Shown piece after piece: positions 39,221-50,108 of a stretch of 64,000 bases of DNA. The DNA lies in the IMG/VR virus record IMGVR_UViG_3300042691_019786. One strand, 5' to 3'. Both the position numbers and the translations under genes were made by a program. Position 1 is the first letter of the stretch; each line of letters starts with the position of its first letter. The notes under the pieces were generated by a model. The model saw nothing but the letters and a program-made list of their open reading frames with translations, made no database searches and was not told the origin of the DNA. This stretch comes from a virus.

Positions 39221-39700
39221 TTAGTTAATAATCTCTGTTTCATGTTTTATACCATACTCATCATAATAGTATAAATCAACACCTTCAAAAACCAAGAACG
39301 AATATTCAGTAACAGACATTACACATTCAGAAAAATAACCACTATATTTTTTATACTCGTTTTCTTCTTCAGTGTTATCATTTTCTTCTTCATCGTCTTC
39401 ATCATAATAGTCATCAAACATAACCGTAGTTAAAAATTTATAATCATCTTCAGTGATTTGTCCTTCTTCAAAATGTTTATAAATTCTATCATCTTCTAAC
39501 ATAACACCCCAGTGACCTTTTGTTGGTGTAAGTTTGTTTATTAATGTTACAAAACGCTCAACAATATCTGCATCTTCTATTGATGCCGTCATTTCTTCTT
39601 CAGTGTGACCTCTACCATCACCAATCATGTAACTAAACTCCAATAAATAACATGGATTTTGTTTTTTCTTCTTTTTCTTTTTTTCTACTACTTTTATCAT
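39221..39700 (-). CDS. Hypothetical acidic protein
   Basis: ORF. Confidence 0.6.
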   Translation of the reverse strand: MIKVVEKKKKKKKQNPCYLLEFSYMIGDGRGHTEEEMTASIEDADIVERFVTLINKLTPTKGHWGVMLEDDRIYKHFEEGQITEDDYKFLTTVMFDDYYDEDDEEENDNTEEENEYKKYSGYFSECVMSVTEYSFLVFEGVDLYYYDEYGIKHETEIIN

Positions 39701-39712
39701 ATACTTTAAAAA

Positions 39713-40426
39713 TTAAGCTAATTTCAATGGTCTTAAATATTCTCTTAGGAACGCATTAACTGGTCCACCAATTTTTTCTTCCCATTGTTTATAATTCTTA
39801 GCATTTTTCTCTTCCAATTGAGATAAAGCTTTCTCTGATGGCTTGTGTCTACTCCATGGTAACGTTTCTGGTACAAAGTCTGGATATAACGTTCTGTTAA
39901 ACACCCTTTCATCAACTAAGAAAACAAACGCTGTTAATTGGTCACCCAAATCTGGTTCATGAAACTCTTGCAACAACACACCAGCTTCACGCATAGTTTG
40001 CATGTGTCTATTCAAAGTTCCCAATCTTTCTGGGTTGTTGTTTGTTGTACCACCGTTAAGAATAATAAATGTTTTATCTTTATCAGCCCATTTGTTATAT
40101 ATTTGTTGATGTGGTTTTAACCCTTCAACAGTTCTACCATAATCAACGACAGCGTGACCAAATTGGATTCCTTGTTGAATCGGGGACATGTTATACGGAA
40201 CCAACCCATACATTCTACGTTCTAAGTACATTTCACTCTTACGTGGTGTTGAATCAGCTTTAACTTTACATAACCCTAAACGTCTGTAAAACTCTTGCAC
40301 ATCAATTTTTTCTTCATAATACGATTCTTCGTAAAATGCCATAGATGTGTCCCATGATGAAATGTCTAATATTCTAACATTTGCATCTAAACACCATTCA
40401 TATCCAGTTTTTAATATCTTTTCCAT
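39713..40426 (-). CDS. Pth2-like peptidyl-tRNA hydrolase domain protein
   Basis: IQ.GHAV, IILNGG and F.EPDL...LTA motifs. Confidence 0.6.
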   Translation of the reverse strand: MEKILKTGYEWCLDANVRILDISSWDTSMAFYEESYYEEKIDVQEFYRRLGLCKVKADSTPRKSEMYLERRMYGLVPYNMSPIQQGIQFGHAVVDYGRTVEGLKPHQQIYNKWADKDKTFIILNGGTTNNNPERLGTLNRHMQTMREAGVLLQEFHEPDLGDQLTAFVFLVDERVFNRTLYPDFVPETLPWSRHKPSEKALSQLEEKNAKNYKQWEEKIGGPVNAFLREYLRPLKLA

Positions 40427-41733
40427 TAATTTCCTATTTCAATTAAATGTGATACAGTACATTGTGCTGAGTTATATACTATATATTCGTTATTTCTTAG
40501 GTCAGCGCCACCTTTTGCAAACACACTATCAAATCCTTCATTATCTAACACTTTCTTAGATAACTTATAACAGCTTGAGTCATGGTGCAATATTTCTTTT
40601 TGTTTACCCAAATGCACATCAAACAATGCCAAAAACGCTTTGTTATCACCACCATGAGCCCAATAAGAACCTCTTAACGATGTGTAACCAATAGATTTTT
40701 GTGCTTTGTCAGCAAAGTAGATACCATCACCAAACATTGACCCAGTATGTACCGCACCAGATGGTCTGATAAGTAACCCAGTTTGTAAAATGTTAAACCA
40801 GTTCTCATTTCTTGACCCATGCCAGTATAGTCTACGTTTCTTAACTTCAACTTTATCCATGTGTTTATCAAATATTTTTTGTGTTTTGTTGTTAACAACC
40901 TTGAACACACGTTTCATTTGATTCACATTTGGACCCATCAATTTTTTGATAAGTTCAAGCGTTTCAGTATCATTTTCAACCTCAATAGATAATCCCATTT
41001 GGTCTAAGATAGTAACTTCAGATACTTCTTCTTTTTTACCTTCAGCTTCAGCCTCAGCAGCTTTCTTAGCAGCTTCTCTTTGTTGTTTAATCAACTCAAC
41101 TTGACCAGCCATTGTATCCAACGCTGATTGTTCGTTATCAATCAATCTTTGTGCGTTAGTCAAACTAACATCATTACTAATCTCTCTAAACAAATGGTCT
41201 TTTACGTTATCCATTCTTCTAGGGATAATTGTATAAAGTTTCAATAACATATCATTGATATGTTTGATATCTACACCAATAGCAATCAATCCACTAATGT
41301 TAGTGATAATCTCTTGTGCAGCGGTAACTTGTTGTTCCGATACAGCTTCTTGCGTTACCTTATAGTTACGTTGGATTGATTTGTTGGCAAATGACATCAA
41401 TTCATCAACCAATTTACGCACAATCTCATCTTTGATATTTGCAACTTTATTATCAACTGGTTTTGATTCATCCACAACTGGTTCAGCCAACAAATCAGTT
41501 ACATCTGTATAACCTTTTGTTTTTGATAGTTTTTGTTTCAACACACTATCCCATTTTGAACTAGGTTTATATTCAGTTGTTAAAGACTTGCCAACACGAC
41601 CATATTCACATTTGATACGGCCATCTGATAATTCTTCCATAATATAAACTTTATTACTTTGGCTGGTCAAACCATTATCAACTGATACATGTATCAGTTT
41701 TGCGTATCTTAAACCGTTCTCTTTTACTATCAT
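40426..41733 (-). CDS. WGR-domain poly/mono(ADP-ribose) polymerase
   Basis: YGRVG (WGR-like), LYT.IP regulatory helix, WHGS, G.MFG.GIYFA..S..Y and NEYIVY (H-Y-E triad). Confidence 0.9.
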   Translation of the reverse strand: MIVKENGLRYAKLIHVSVDNGLTSQSNKVYIMEELSDGRIKCEYGRVGKSLTTEYKPSSKWDSVLKQKLSKTKGYTDVTDLLAEPVVDESKPVDNKVANIKDEIVRKLVDELMSFANKSIQRNYKVTQEAVSEQQVTAAQEIITNISGLIAIGVDIKHINDMLLKLYTIIPRRMDNVKDHLFREISNDVSLTNAQRLIDNEQSALDTMAGQVELIKQQREAAKKAAEAEAEGKKEEVSEVTILDQMGLSIEVENDTETLELIKKLMGPNVNQMKRVFKVVNNKTQKIFDKHMDKVEVKKRRLYWHGSRNENWFNILQTGLLIRPSGAVHTGSMFGDGIYFADKAQKSIGYTSLRGSYWAHGGDNKAFLALFDVHLGKQKEILHHDSSCYKLSKKVLDNEGFDSVFAKGGADLRNNEYIVYNSAQCTVSHLIEIGN

Positions 41734-41762
41734 ACTTCAATATTTTATACAAATTTACTAAT

Positions 41763-42254
41763 TTAAAAATTATCTTCCAAATGTTTTGGTATATAATCAG
41801 CAATATTTCTTTTCCACCAATTTTTAAACTTACGTTTTATTCTTTCTTTAAAAAAATAGAATCGCATATCTAAATTAGCAACTTTTTCACCCAACCATGT
41901 GTAATCTGTGAAACCATCTTCATCATATTCATACTCATTACATGGATATGGTCTACCACGTTCATCAATATACTGCCAATAACCATCTTCTTCTTTGGTT
42001 ATTTTATCAGTATATTCATCACCTTCGTATTCAACCCATCGCCAATCTTTACTTTCAATACCTTCTGGTTCATCTGTTGGTAATCCTTCTTGTGGTAAAC
42101 CATAATGCCAGTTGCATGAACAACCAATATCATCTGGTGTACCAATACAATCATCACAGATATATGGGTTATCATTATTGGCATAACCTGGCATGTATAA
42201 CCATACAGCTACATTACCACAATCACATTTCTTTTTACCACGTTCTAGTATCAT
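41763..42254 (-). CDS. Hypothetical Cys-rich protein
   Basis: C.CG..A.W.Y.P...C..C...GCSCN pattern. Confidence 0.65.
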   Translation of the reverse strand: MILERGKKKCDCGNVAVWLYMPGYANNDNPYICDDCIGTPDDIGCSCNWHYGLPQEGLPTDEPEGIESKDWRWVEYEGDEYTDKITKEEDGYWQYIDERGRPYPCNEYEYDEDGFTDYTWLGEKVANLDMRFYFFKERIKRKFKNWWKRNIADYIPKHLEDNF

Positions 42255-42436
42255 CTACAAACAAATTTTTGTTGTTATCAATGAATTTAACAAATAATTG
42301 TTGCATTTCGAAGGGTAATGGGAAACCACCCATGTAGACAACTCCCATTACCACTTCTAATTCTTGTCCAGCTTTAAGGTCCATACCTTTAGCGACAGTT
42401 ACATCTTGTTTTAATCTATAAACAGTTCCGTTCATA

Positions 42437-43273
42437 TTAAGCCATTTTAAAGAACATTTCTCTTACTTTAGATGAAATGTATTTATTTATTTCTTTTGGT
42501 TCCAATTGGTTCTCTACCATTGTATCCATTTCTTCTTTGATAACGTCATTAACAACCCATCTGATAACGTCACCCATTTTCTTAACATCAATAGGTTCGT
42601 TGTTTGGGAAAATGTTTTCTAACGCTTGGTTAAAACGACTTTCAGATACTGCATAATCAACAAATTCTTTAATAGAATTTAATTTCTCAACATCAACAGC
42701 TGCAAGTGTTTTTACTTTAGAACTAGAGTGGCGTTCGCCCTTTACCTTGAAACGATGAACAACACCTTTAAAATCAGCAGTCCATACAATACCTTCACCA
42801 ATTCCAGAGTAACCAAAAGCTTTTGCTACTGGACATTCTTCTTCAACTTTGATAGTCAACTCAGACAACTGATTTTGTACCAATTGTGGCATGTTAAAAT
42901 CAATATCGATTGAATATGTAGGGTAATCGTCAATATTGTAAATATTCTGCTCTGGTGCTCTTAAATAAGAGTAATCAACCCAATATGCTGGATTAGCTTT
43001 TAACTCTTCTTCAGTTTCAGTATGTGGTGTGATTTTAACACCAAAGATAAAGAAAGATTTAGGTAAATTGCAAACACCAACACCTTTTTGAATATTACCA
43101 CCAGCCCATTCACCGTAGATTGTTACAGTATTTTTATCACCGTCTAAACCATTGTTTAACAACACAGCATTAATCATAGCTTCAAAAATTTCTTTATGTG
43201 AATGCACAAAAAATGCAAATCCAGCGTTATCAGATGTTTTAATTTCTCTAATATTTTTTATTTTCTTTTCCAT
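42437..43273 (-). CDS. Rnl2-family RNA ligase, C-terminal fragment
   Basis: DNAGFA, YGEWAG..IQ, F.IFGV, GEGIV and FKVK motifs; lacks motif I. Confidence 0.85.
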   Translation of the reverse strand: MEKKIKNIREIKTSDNAGFAFFVHSHKEIFEAMINAVLLNNGLDGDKNTVTIYGEWAGGNIQKGVGVCNLPKSFFIFGVKITPHTETEEELKANPAYWVDYSYLRAPEQNIYNIDDYPTYSIDIDFNMPQLVQNQLSELTIKVEEECPVAKAFGYSGIGEGIVWTADFKGVVHRFKVKGERHSSSKVKTLAAVDVEKLNSIKEFVDYAVSESRFNQALENIFPNNEPIDVKKMGDVIRWVVNDVIKEEMDTMVENQLEPKEINKYISSKVREMFFKMA

Positions 43274-43281
43274 TTTTATGT

Positions 43282-43542
43282 TTATATTTTTTTATTTTTT
43301 TCAAACCATTCATCTAAAGTGAATACGTATTCATCTACATTTTTGACGTAATCTTCTTCAAATATAGTTTTTTCCACTATTTGCCATACATATACGGATG
43401 TTATACCTAGTTCATCTAAAATCATAGGATTCTCTAAAACATCAAGTATGAATTTCTCTTTAGATTCATATTCAAATGGTATATTCCACTCCCAACACTC
43501 TGGTTCGGAACAATATGTATAATCAAAAACTAACTTTTCCAT
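43282..43542 (-). CDS. Hypothetical protein inside the split ligase locus
   Basis: ORF with its own promoter motif at about 43555-43590. Confidence 0.6.
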   Translation of the reverse strand: MEKLVFDYTYCSEPECWEWNIPFEYESKEKFILDVLENPMILDELGITSVYVWQIVEKTIFEEDYVKNVDEYVFTLDEWFEKNKKI

Positions 43543-43625
43543 TTTTTATTTTTTACAAATGTACGACATTTTTTTAACTTTTCCAAATTTTATAGATATT
43601 TATTAAAAAACGATAAACCAGCATT

Positions 43626-44456
43626 ATGAAAAAACAAAATTACCATTATGTTTATAGAATTACTAATAAACTAAATAAAAAACATTACTATGGTTCTAGA
43701 ACATCAAAAATAGAACCTAAATATGATTTAGGTGTGAGTTATTTTAGTTCTAGCTCTGACAAAGAATTTATTAACGACCAAAAATTAAATACACACAATT
43801 ACAAATATGTTATAGTTAGAGTTTTTAATTCTAGAAATGAAGCTTTATTATTTGAGTCGCATTTACATGCTAAATTCAATGTTGCTAAAAATGATAAATT
43901 TTATAATAAATCAAACGTAACAACAACTGGTTTTATTTACGGTTTTCTTGGTAAAAAACACAACCCAGAATCACGCAAAAATGCAATAACAAAAAAAGTT
44001 AATACTATGAAAACAACTATTAACAATAATGGTCAAAATCTATATAATTTAGCCGCTAGAAAAGGTGATGAGACAAAAAGAAACACTATCACATCTGATG
44101 GGTTAAATATCCATCAATTAGCAGCTAAAAAATATAAAGAACGTTTGGACGTTATTAAAGATGGTGAAACAATGTCTACTAGAGACAAATTAAAACAACC
44201 TAAAAAAGATAAAACAAATTACCAAAAAGAGGCTGAAATTATCCACATATATAACAACAACAATGAATTAATTTATGTAGTAACAATAAATTTAAGAAAA
44301 TTTTGTAAGGAACATAAATTACCATATACTGAATTATATAATTCAAAAAGAAACAACATCAAACTTTATGAAAATATTACTGATAAACGAATTATTACTA
44401 TATTAACCAATAAAGATTTTTACAAATATAAAAATTGGTATGCTATAAAACAATAA
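43626..44456 (+). mobile_element. GIY-YIG (Seg-like) homing endonuclease
   Basis: YVYRITN...YYGSR...YFSSS...FYN; inverted within the ligase gene. Confidence 0.85.
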
Positions 44457-44814
44457 TCTCACCTATTTTATAATCATTAATTACTTTACCATTAATAATC
44501 GCATTTTCATCAAATAATTGTTTTGAACCATCTTCAAACTCAATTTCTATTAATTTTGAAGGTGCTGGTGTGATAATATTCTCACGAGATTGAGCCCACA
44601 TACCGCTTAGTGCGTTAAAAGACACACCAGCATTGGTACCATGTATTTTTACAGTACCTTTGAATGTGATAGTTGGTTTTGGTAATGTTGGGTCATAAAT
44701 CGCCTCACCATTTTCATCCAAACCAACAAAGTTGAAATGTCTGTTGACATTAGAAACAACTGTTCTAAATTGTTCAATAGACGGGAACTTGATTAATCGT
44801 TTATTTTTATTCAT
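44443..44814 (-). CDS. Rnl2-family RNA ligase, N-terminal fragment
   Basis: FPSIEQFR, motif I KIHGTN, QSR..IITP, then an unrelated tail. Confidence 0.85.
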   Translation of the reverse strand: MNKNKRLIKFPSIEQFRTVVSNVNRHFNFVGLDENGEAIYDPTLPKPTITFKGTVKIHGTNAGVSFNALSGMWAQSRENIITPAPSKLIEIEFEDGSKQLFDENAIINGKVINDYKIGEIIVL

Positions 44815-44829
44815 GTTATTCTTTTTTTT

Positions 44830-45288
44830 TTAAAAATTGTAACTAATACTTGGTGTTACGTAATCGACACCATCCCAGTTTGTGTAAGACACGCCATATC
44901 CTATCTTATTATGTGTATATGATACACCTAATCCGTATTCAATAAAATTATGTTTAGTATCAATGTAACTACCGACACCCAATATGATATTACCATATAC
45001 TTTACCAATAGGGAATGATGGTGCTACTTTAACTTCATAGAAATAGTTTCTAATATCATCATTCTTAAAAATACCATCTAAACTACCTCTACCTAACGCT
45101 AACCCAAAAGCTACATCGTTACACACAACACCAAATTCTAATGAACTATATGAACCAGTGTTAAAATCTGAATTGTTTGATAATGAAACACCCCATGATA
45201 CATACTTTCCAACATTACATTTTGTTGAATCTTGTGCGAAAGTGCTAACCGCCCACATACACATTACTAATAATACTAATTTTCTCAT
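44830..45288 (-). CDS. Putative outer-membrane beta-barrel protein
   Basis: Signal peptide, alternating beta pattern, C-terminal SYNF. Confidence 0.6.
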   Translation of the reverse strand: MRKLVLLVMCMWAVSTFAQDSTKCNVGKYVSWGVSLSNNSDFNTGSYSSLEFGVVCNDVAFGLALGRGSLDGIFKNDDIRNYFYEVKVAPSFPIGKVYGNIILGVGSYIDTKHNFIEYGLGVSYTHNKIGYGVSYTNWDGVDYVTPSISYNF

Positions 45289-45481
45289 TTTTTATCTACT
45301 TTATTTTTAACATACTTTACAGCTTCTGGACCATGTTCAACAATTACTTGTTTTACACTATCAATTACCGTGTCTTCTACTCTATTTTTTAATTTATTTA
45401 CTTTATAAACAACAAATAATATGGCAAATGCTATTACTACCAATAAAATACCCAATGCTACTACTAATACTGCTACCATAC

Positions 45482-46876
45482 TTATACTGTTAAACCTATT
45501 GCTGCATTTTGTATTTCTATACACTCGTCAAGTGAGTTAGCCTCTGATTTGTCATCTCTAAAGTGTTTAAACGCTGGATATAACAATGAGTATGCACCAG
45601 TGTGGTCAAAAGATAACCCAGAACACTTAACTTCGATGATAGTACCTAACAAATTGTCTTGATTCTCTGTAATTTCAGCCATCAAAGACTCTGTTAACCC
45701 TTGTGGTCTTGTTTTTAATTTACCACATGATGTCTCAGCATTGAATGAACTGATTACATTTTCGTTTTTGGTACCTTTTGTACCATAGTTAAACCCAGTG
45801 ATAACCAAATCCAACGTTAATTCCAACTTCATTTTGATTTGATGTGTTGGTTTACCATCTTTCCAACTACCATCATATGCTTTAAGAATAGTACCTTCTT
45901 CACCTCTACCTAATATTTCTTGGAAGTGTTTAATCGCATCTTCATATGTTTCAACAATTACTGATTCAACAACTGAAATCATTGTTGCATTAGCCACAGA
46001 TACATAACTAGCAGCAAATTCAAGTCTTTCATTATATGGTGTTTTAGAACCTTTCTCGAAATATTCATCAATTGATATAGTATCCCAAACTGTGTAACGA
46101 ATTTTATCTAACGCTTCTTGTAATTCACCGTGTTTTTCTTCAAAAGCAGCAATTTTCTTTTCATTTTCTTTTTCAGAACGACTTTCTTTCTTACCACAAA
46201 TATCAATCAATGATGCAATAATACCGTTAGATTCATAACGTGGAATCCCATCCATTGTTAATTCACCATTTAACACACAATCTTCAAAATTACTTAGTTC
46301 TGAAAGAAATTTAGCACCAGTAAGAATAGTTGCTTCACCTTGTCGGCTTTCTAGTTCAACTTCACCATTACGAATAACTGCGTTACAATAACGACCATCC
46401 ATTTTAACTTGTGAATAACCTCTTCCACCTTTCTCAAAAATTTTACGTGCTTTCTTTTCGTCAAATGATACAGCACCCATATATGGCGTATCTTCGATTA
46501 AGTCTTTGAAAACTTTATTGATAAAAGTTGTACCCATACCAATCTTACAATCTTTATCGATAATACGTTCAATAATGTAAGCATCGTCAGCTGATACGTT
46601 TTCTAACCAAATAGTTAGTTTATCAATAGCTAGTTGACCAGTGAAGTCACGGTTTGCGATTTGCATCAACATACCCAACGCTTGTTCTAACGTCCAATCA
46701 ACTTGGTTGTGAGTGTATTCTGGTACACGTTTAATATAAAACTTAACTCGTTTAGAGTTAGCCATATATAACACTCTTCTCAATAACTCATTGTCTGAGT
46801 ATTTTTTAAGGATTTCAATCTTAGCGTTGTTACCACTAGTTGATGCAATCTCGTCAAAAATCTGTTTAATAGTCAT
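45482..46876 (-). CDS. lig: ATP-dependent DNA ligase
   Basis: KMDG, NGEL, EGTILK and K.K motifs; OB-fold P.F..FR.DK. Confidence 0.92.
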   Translation of the reverse strand: MTIKQIFDEIASTSGNNAKIEILKKYSDNELLRRVLYMANSKRVKFYIKRVPEYTHNQVDWTLEQALGMLMQIANRDFTGQLAIDKLTIWLENVSADDAYIIERIIDKDCKIGMGTTFINKVFKDLIEDTPYMGAVSFDEKKARKIFEKGGRGYSQVKMDGRYCNAVIRNGEVELESRQGEATILTGAKFLSELSNFEDCVLNGELTMDGIPRYESNGIIASLIDICGKKESRSEKENEKKIAAFEEKHGELQEALDKIRYTVWDTISIDEYFEKGSKTPYNERLEFAASYVSVANATMISVVESVIVETYEDAIKHFQEILGRGEEGTILKAYDGSWKDGKPTHQIKMKLELTLDLVITGFNYGTKGTKNENVISSFNAETSCGKLKTRPQGLTESLMAEITENQDNLLGTIIEVKCSGLSFDHTGAYSLLYPAFKHFRDDKSEANSLDECIEIQNAAIGLTV

Positions 46877-46942
46877 ATTTTTTTCTTTTGTTTTACAAAT
46901 GTACGAATTTAAATTGAATCCACCAAATCTAATTTAAAATTT

Positions 46943-47308
46943 TTAATCAATTCCTTTTTCAGCAGCATGTTTATCACACAAACTTTTTATCCAATCCAAC
47001 TTTCTAGGATAGCCATGGTCACCACAAACTTCACATATTTCATATGATAACTTTTCATATGTTAATATTATGTCATGCATCTCTGGTGTTGGGTCTTTTA
47101 CGTAGAAATTAAGCCCACCAAACTTCTCTTTTGATTGAATCATAGTTCTATCCCAACCTAACGATAAAAGTTCGTCTATGAGGTTCTTTAACAACTGAAA
47201 CCAACCTTCACCAACACCAAACATAGATGGGTTGGTAAGGTTAGCACCTTTCCAATTATAAACACCACCAATGGAAATAAGATATTGTTCAAATTCTTCT
47301 CTACTCAT
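46943..47308 (-). CDS. Hypothetical phage protein
   Basis: GW..L, Q.KEKFGGL.FY and CEVCG motifs. Confidence 0.7.
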   Translation of the reverse strand: MSREEFEQYLISIGGVYNWKGANLTNPSMFGVGEGWFQLLKNLIDELLSLGWDRTMIQSKEKFGGLNFYVKDPTPEMHDIILTYEKLSYEICEVCGDHGYPRKLDWIKSLCDKHAAEKGID

Positions 47309-47485
47309 GTTTATTTTTTAATTCGATTAAACCATTCAATAACTTCAGAATCGCTAGTGTAGTCATATAACTCTGAACCACCAAATCTATCTTTACAAGC
47401 TATTAATAATTCGATAACATCCCTTTCTGTATAAACTTTAGGTTTGTTTTCCTCTTCAATACGAGAATCATTTTGTATACTATCT

Positions 47486-47770
47486 TTACTCATGTTTATT
47501 CATTTCTTTTTTAATACCCCAATAAGTACCTAACGTACCACCAATTAAAAATGCTAATATTGGTAAGAACTCACCATGCATTATTGAATTACCACCGATA
47601 GATATCGATACTAACCATGCTAACCCAATCCCATTACCACTTATGATTGCTGGAACCATTTTACGTTCAGCAGTATAAATAACATTTATTGTTCTCAAAT
47701 AAATGAAAATGATTTGACTAATCAACACAACAAATGCTGATAAATACGGATTTGCTAATATTTCTTTCAT
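47486..47770 (-). CDS. Small membrane protein (DUF5698-like)
   Basis: Three TM helices; GG.LGT..G. Confidence 0.55.
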   Translation of the reverse strand: MKEILANPYLSAFVVLISQIIFIYLRTINVIYTAERKMVPAIISGNGIGLAWLVSISIGGNSIMHGEFLPILAFLIGGTLGTYWGIKKEMNKHE

Positions 47771-47773
47771 ATT

Positions 47774-47998
47774 TTATTTTATTAATTCATCGATAGCCAA
47801 CTCCATAAGTGTTGCTGCCAATTCTAAATTTCTATATTGAGACCTATGAGCTTGCATTCTGATTTCAATATCAAATTCTTCACAATACAAACTGACACCT
47901 CTTGGCACACCACAATGTTGACCACCTTTTTCTAGTTCTGGGTAAGATTTTTTAACAACCTTACCCATCACTTCTTTCTTTAACGCTTCTCTATCCAC
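47774..47998 (-). CDS. Stand-alone release-factor GGQ domain protein
   Basis: GGQH...RSQ.RN..LA aligns by eye with RF1/ArfB domain 3. Confidence 0.6.
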   Translation of the reverse strand: MDREALKKEVMGKVVKKSYPELEKGGQHCGVPRGVSLYCEEFDIEIRMQAHRSQYRNLELAATLMELAIDELIK

Positions 47999-48529
47999 GA
48001 TATCTATTTTTTTCTAATTTAATAATAGTTGATGCTTCATGCAACATACTTTCACCACCTTGTAAATGATGACTCTTCGTCCCATCAGTAACAAAGAACA
48101 TTCGACCTTCAAATGATTTAGTAAATGATTCTAAACCTTGATGTGTGCCAGTAACTAATGTCATCTTATGTTTCTTAATTAGTTCAGCTAATTCTGTGTA
48201 AAACTCTCTAGTCATATTACCAAGATATTGTTGTATAACTACCATCACGTTGGTCGCTATATTTGTTTACTATAAAACCTCTGTTTTCTAACTCTTTTTT
48301 GGTTAAATCATCAACATATATAGCAATAGTAGTGCTTAATTTATTCTGTTCTACAGCTTTTTTAACCCCATTTAAGCAAACATCAACTTCTTTTCGCACT
48401 TTTTCACCTAAAATAGATTGGGCTGTTTTTCTAGCCCAATCCGCTGTTATTTCGTTATTTTCCATTTTTTCTTTTTTTGTTTCACTTCTAAACCATTGAA
48501 ACCCTTCTGGTCCTCCATCAATTAACATA

Positions 48530-49654
48530 TTACAACATTTTATATAACGTTTTATCGTCATAGTTAAACATATATTCTTCAACTGATGCTATTTTGTAAT
48601 CTTTCAACCCAAAATACAACCCAGTAAAGTTTTTTAAATCATATTTCTCACAAACTTCAAACACAGCAGCAGCAAACTTTTTTTGTTCTGGTTTTGTTAC
48701 GTTTTTTGGTTTACGCAACTTTAATTCATCCCATACAACATTCAATTTTGCAACCAACGCATCGTAAGACTCTTTAAGACGATTTAATTCTTCTGTTCTT
48801 TCTGGGAAAGTAGCAGCAAATTCTTCTATCTCGTTAGTTTTTACAATAGTTAATATGTTGTGTTCAGCAGTTTTACCTTTCAAGTGGTGTACCGCAACAT
48901 ATGCTGGATTTTTCACTTTAACACGATTGTCATTACCATCACGTACAACATAACCTTCTTCAGACCATGGCATACCTTCAAATGTTTTCAACAAGTGACC
49001 AACATTTTTTGCGTTTAAATCAAAAGATTTTACCAATGGTATATCCAATGATACCGCAGTCATTTCCAAGTCTCTCCCAGACAACTCAACAAGTGTTTTT
49101 CTGTTTCTAACAGCCAACAAAGTCGCTGATGATTCACCATGTGGTTTTACTACTATGTTATATGGTGTAGTTAACTCAAACACATAGATATAATCATAAT
49201 TTAACAAACATGCATTGAATGTGTATTTGTTGTTAACAGTATCCCAAAACAATTCGTTAAATTTAGTACCATTTTTGTTGTTAACTTCACCTTCACCGTT
49301 TGCAGTACCAGTAGTACCAGCATACCATGTCATGTCGTGCCAATCATAATACACTTGTATCATAGTACCATCCAATTTTTCAAGTACTTGTGCAGTATTC
49401 CAATCTATTTTAGCAGCGTTACCTTCTTCAGAGTTGAAGAATTTTCTAAACGCCAAAGACATTACGTTCCAAGTACCTTTTTCAAGGATGATTCCACGAC
49501 AATCTTGCATCTCTGGCAATGACATAAGTGTTGGTGACACTAATTGGTCATACTTCAAGAGTATTTTGTGTTCATACTCTCTAGTTTTTAAAGAAAAGTC
49601 TTTGATTGTTTTTTCTAAACCGTGTGTTCTTAAATATTTTTGTATAGCTAACAT
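48530..49654 (-). CDS. Rnl1-family (T4 RnlA-like) RNA ligase
   Basis: CRG, KFFN, EKLDG, FEL, EGYV and VKVK...Y motifs. Confidence 0.9.
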   Translation of the reverse strand: MLAIQKYLRTHGLEKTIKDFSLKTREYEHKILLKYDQLVSPTLMSLPEMQDCRGIILEKGTWNVMSLAFRKFFNSEEGNAAKIDWNTAQVLEKLDGTMIQVYYDWHDMTWYAGTTGTANGEGEVNNKNGTKFNELFWDTVNNKYTFNACLLNYDYIYVFELTTPYNIVVKPHGESSATLLAVRNRKTLVELSGRDLEMTAVSLDIPLVKSFDLNAKNVGHLLKTFEGMPWSEEGYVVRDGNDNRVKVKNPAYVAVHHLKGKTAEHNILTIVKTNEIEEFAATFPERTEELNRLKESYDALVAKLNVVWDELKLRKPKNVTKPEQKKFAAAVFEVCEKYDLKNFTGLYFGLKDYKIASVEEYMFNYDDKTLYKML

Positions 49655-50108
49655 GCGTTAATTTTTTAATGTTAGACAAATGTAGGTATAAATTTTTAAT
49701 AAAACAAATAAAACGATGATTAATTTATTTCATCATCGTTTTTACCATTGTTTTTATCTCTTAGGCTATTTATTTTTTTGATAAACTCATCATAAGTTTT
49801 ATCATCCAATTTATTGTTAAATAAATCAGCAATAGGGTTTTCATCTTGCATAGCGTCTAATATCTTCTTTGATGAAAACATTGAGCATAAGTCAGAAAAT
49901 TTAAATATATCATCATCACCACCTATGAGTAAACCACTCATAAAAACCATAATTGTACCAAATTGAGCTAAAGCTATATCACCTTCTTCTTTACCTTCAG
50001 TAATAAGAGATTGGCCCATTTTCATAAATTTGGTACTTAAATCCAATCTTCTGTCGATTTCTTTTCTGTTCATAAAACTATTTTTAACTAATATACTAAA
50101 TAAAACAA

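Noticed and set aside
43274-44560. Group I intron or functional intein splitting the RNA ligase
   Set aside because: No recognisable intron core, the insert holds independent promoters and an inverted gene, and the intein catalytic residues are missing.
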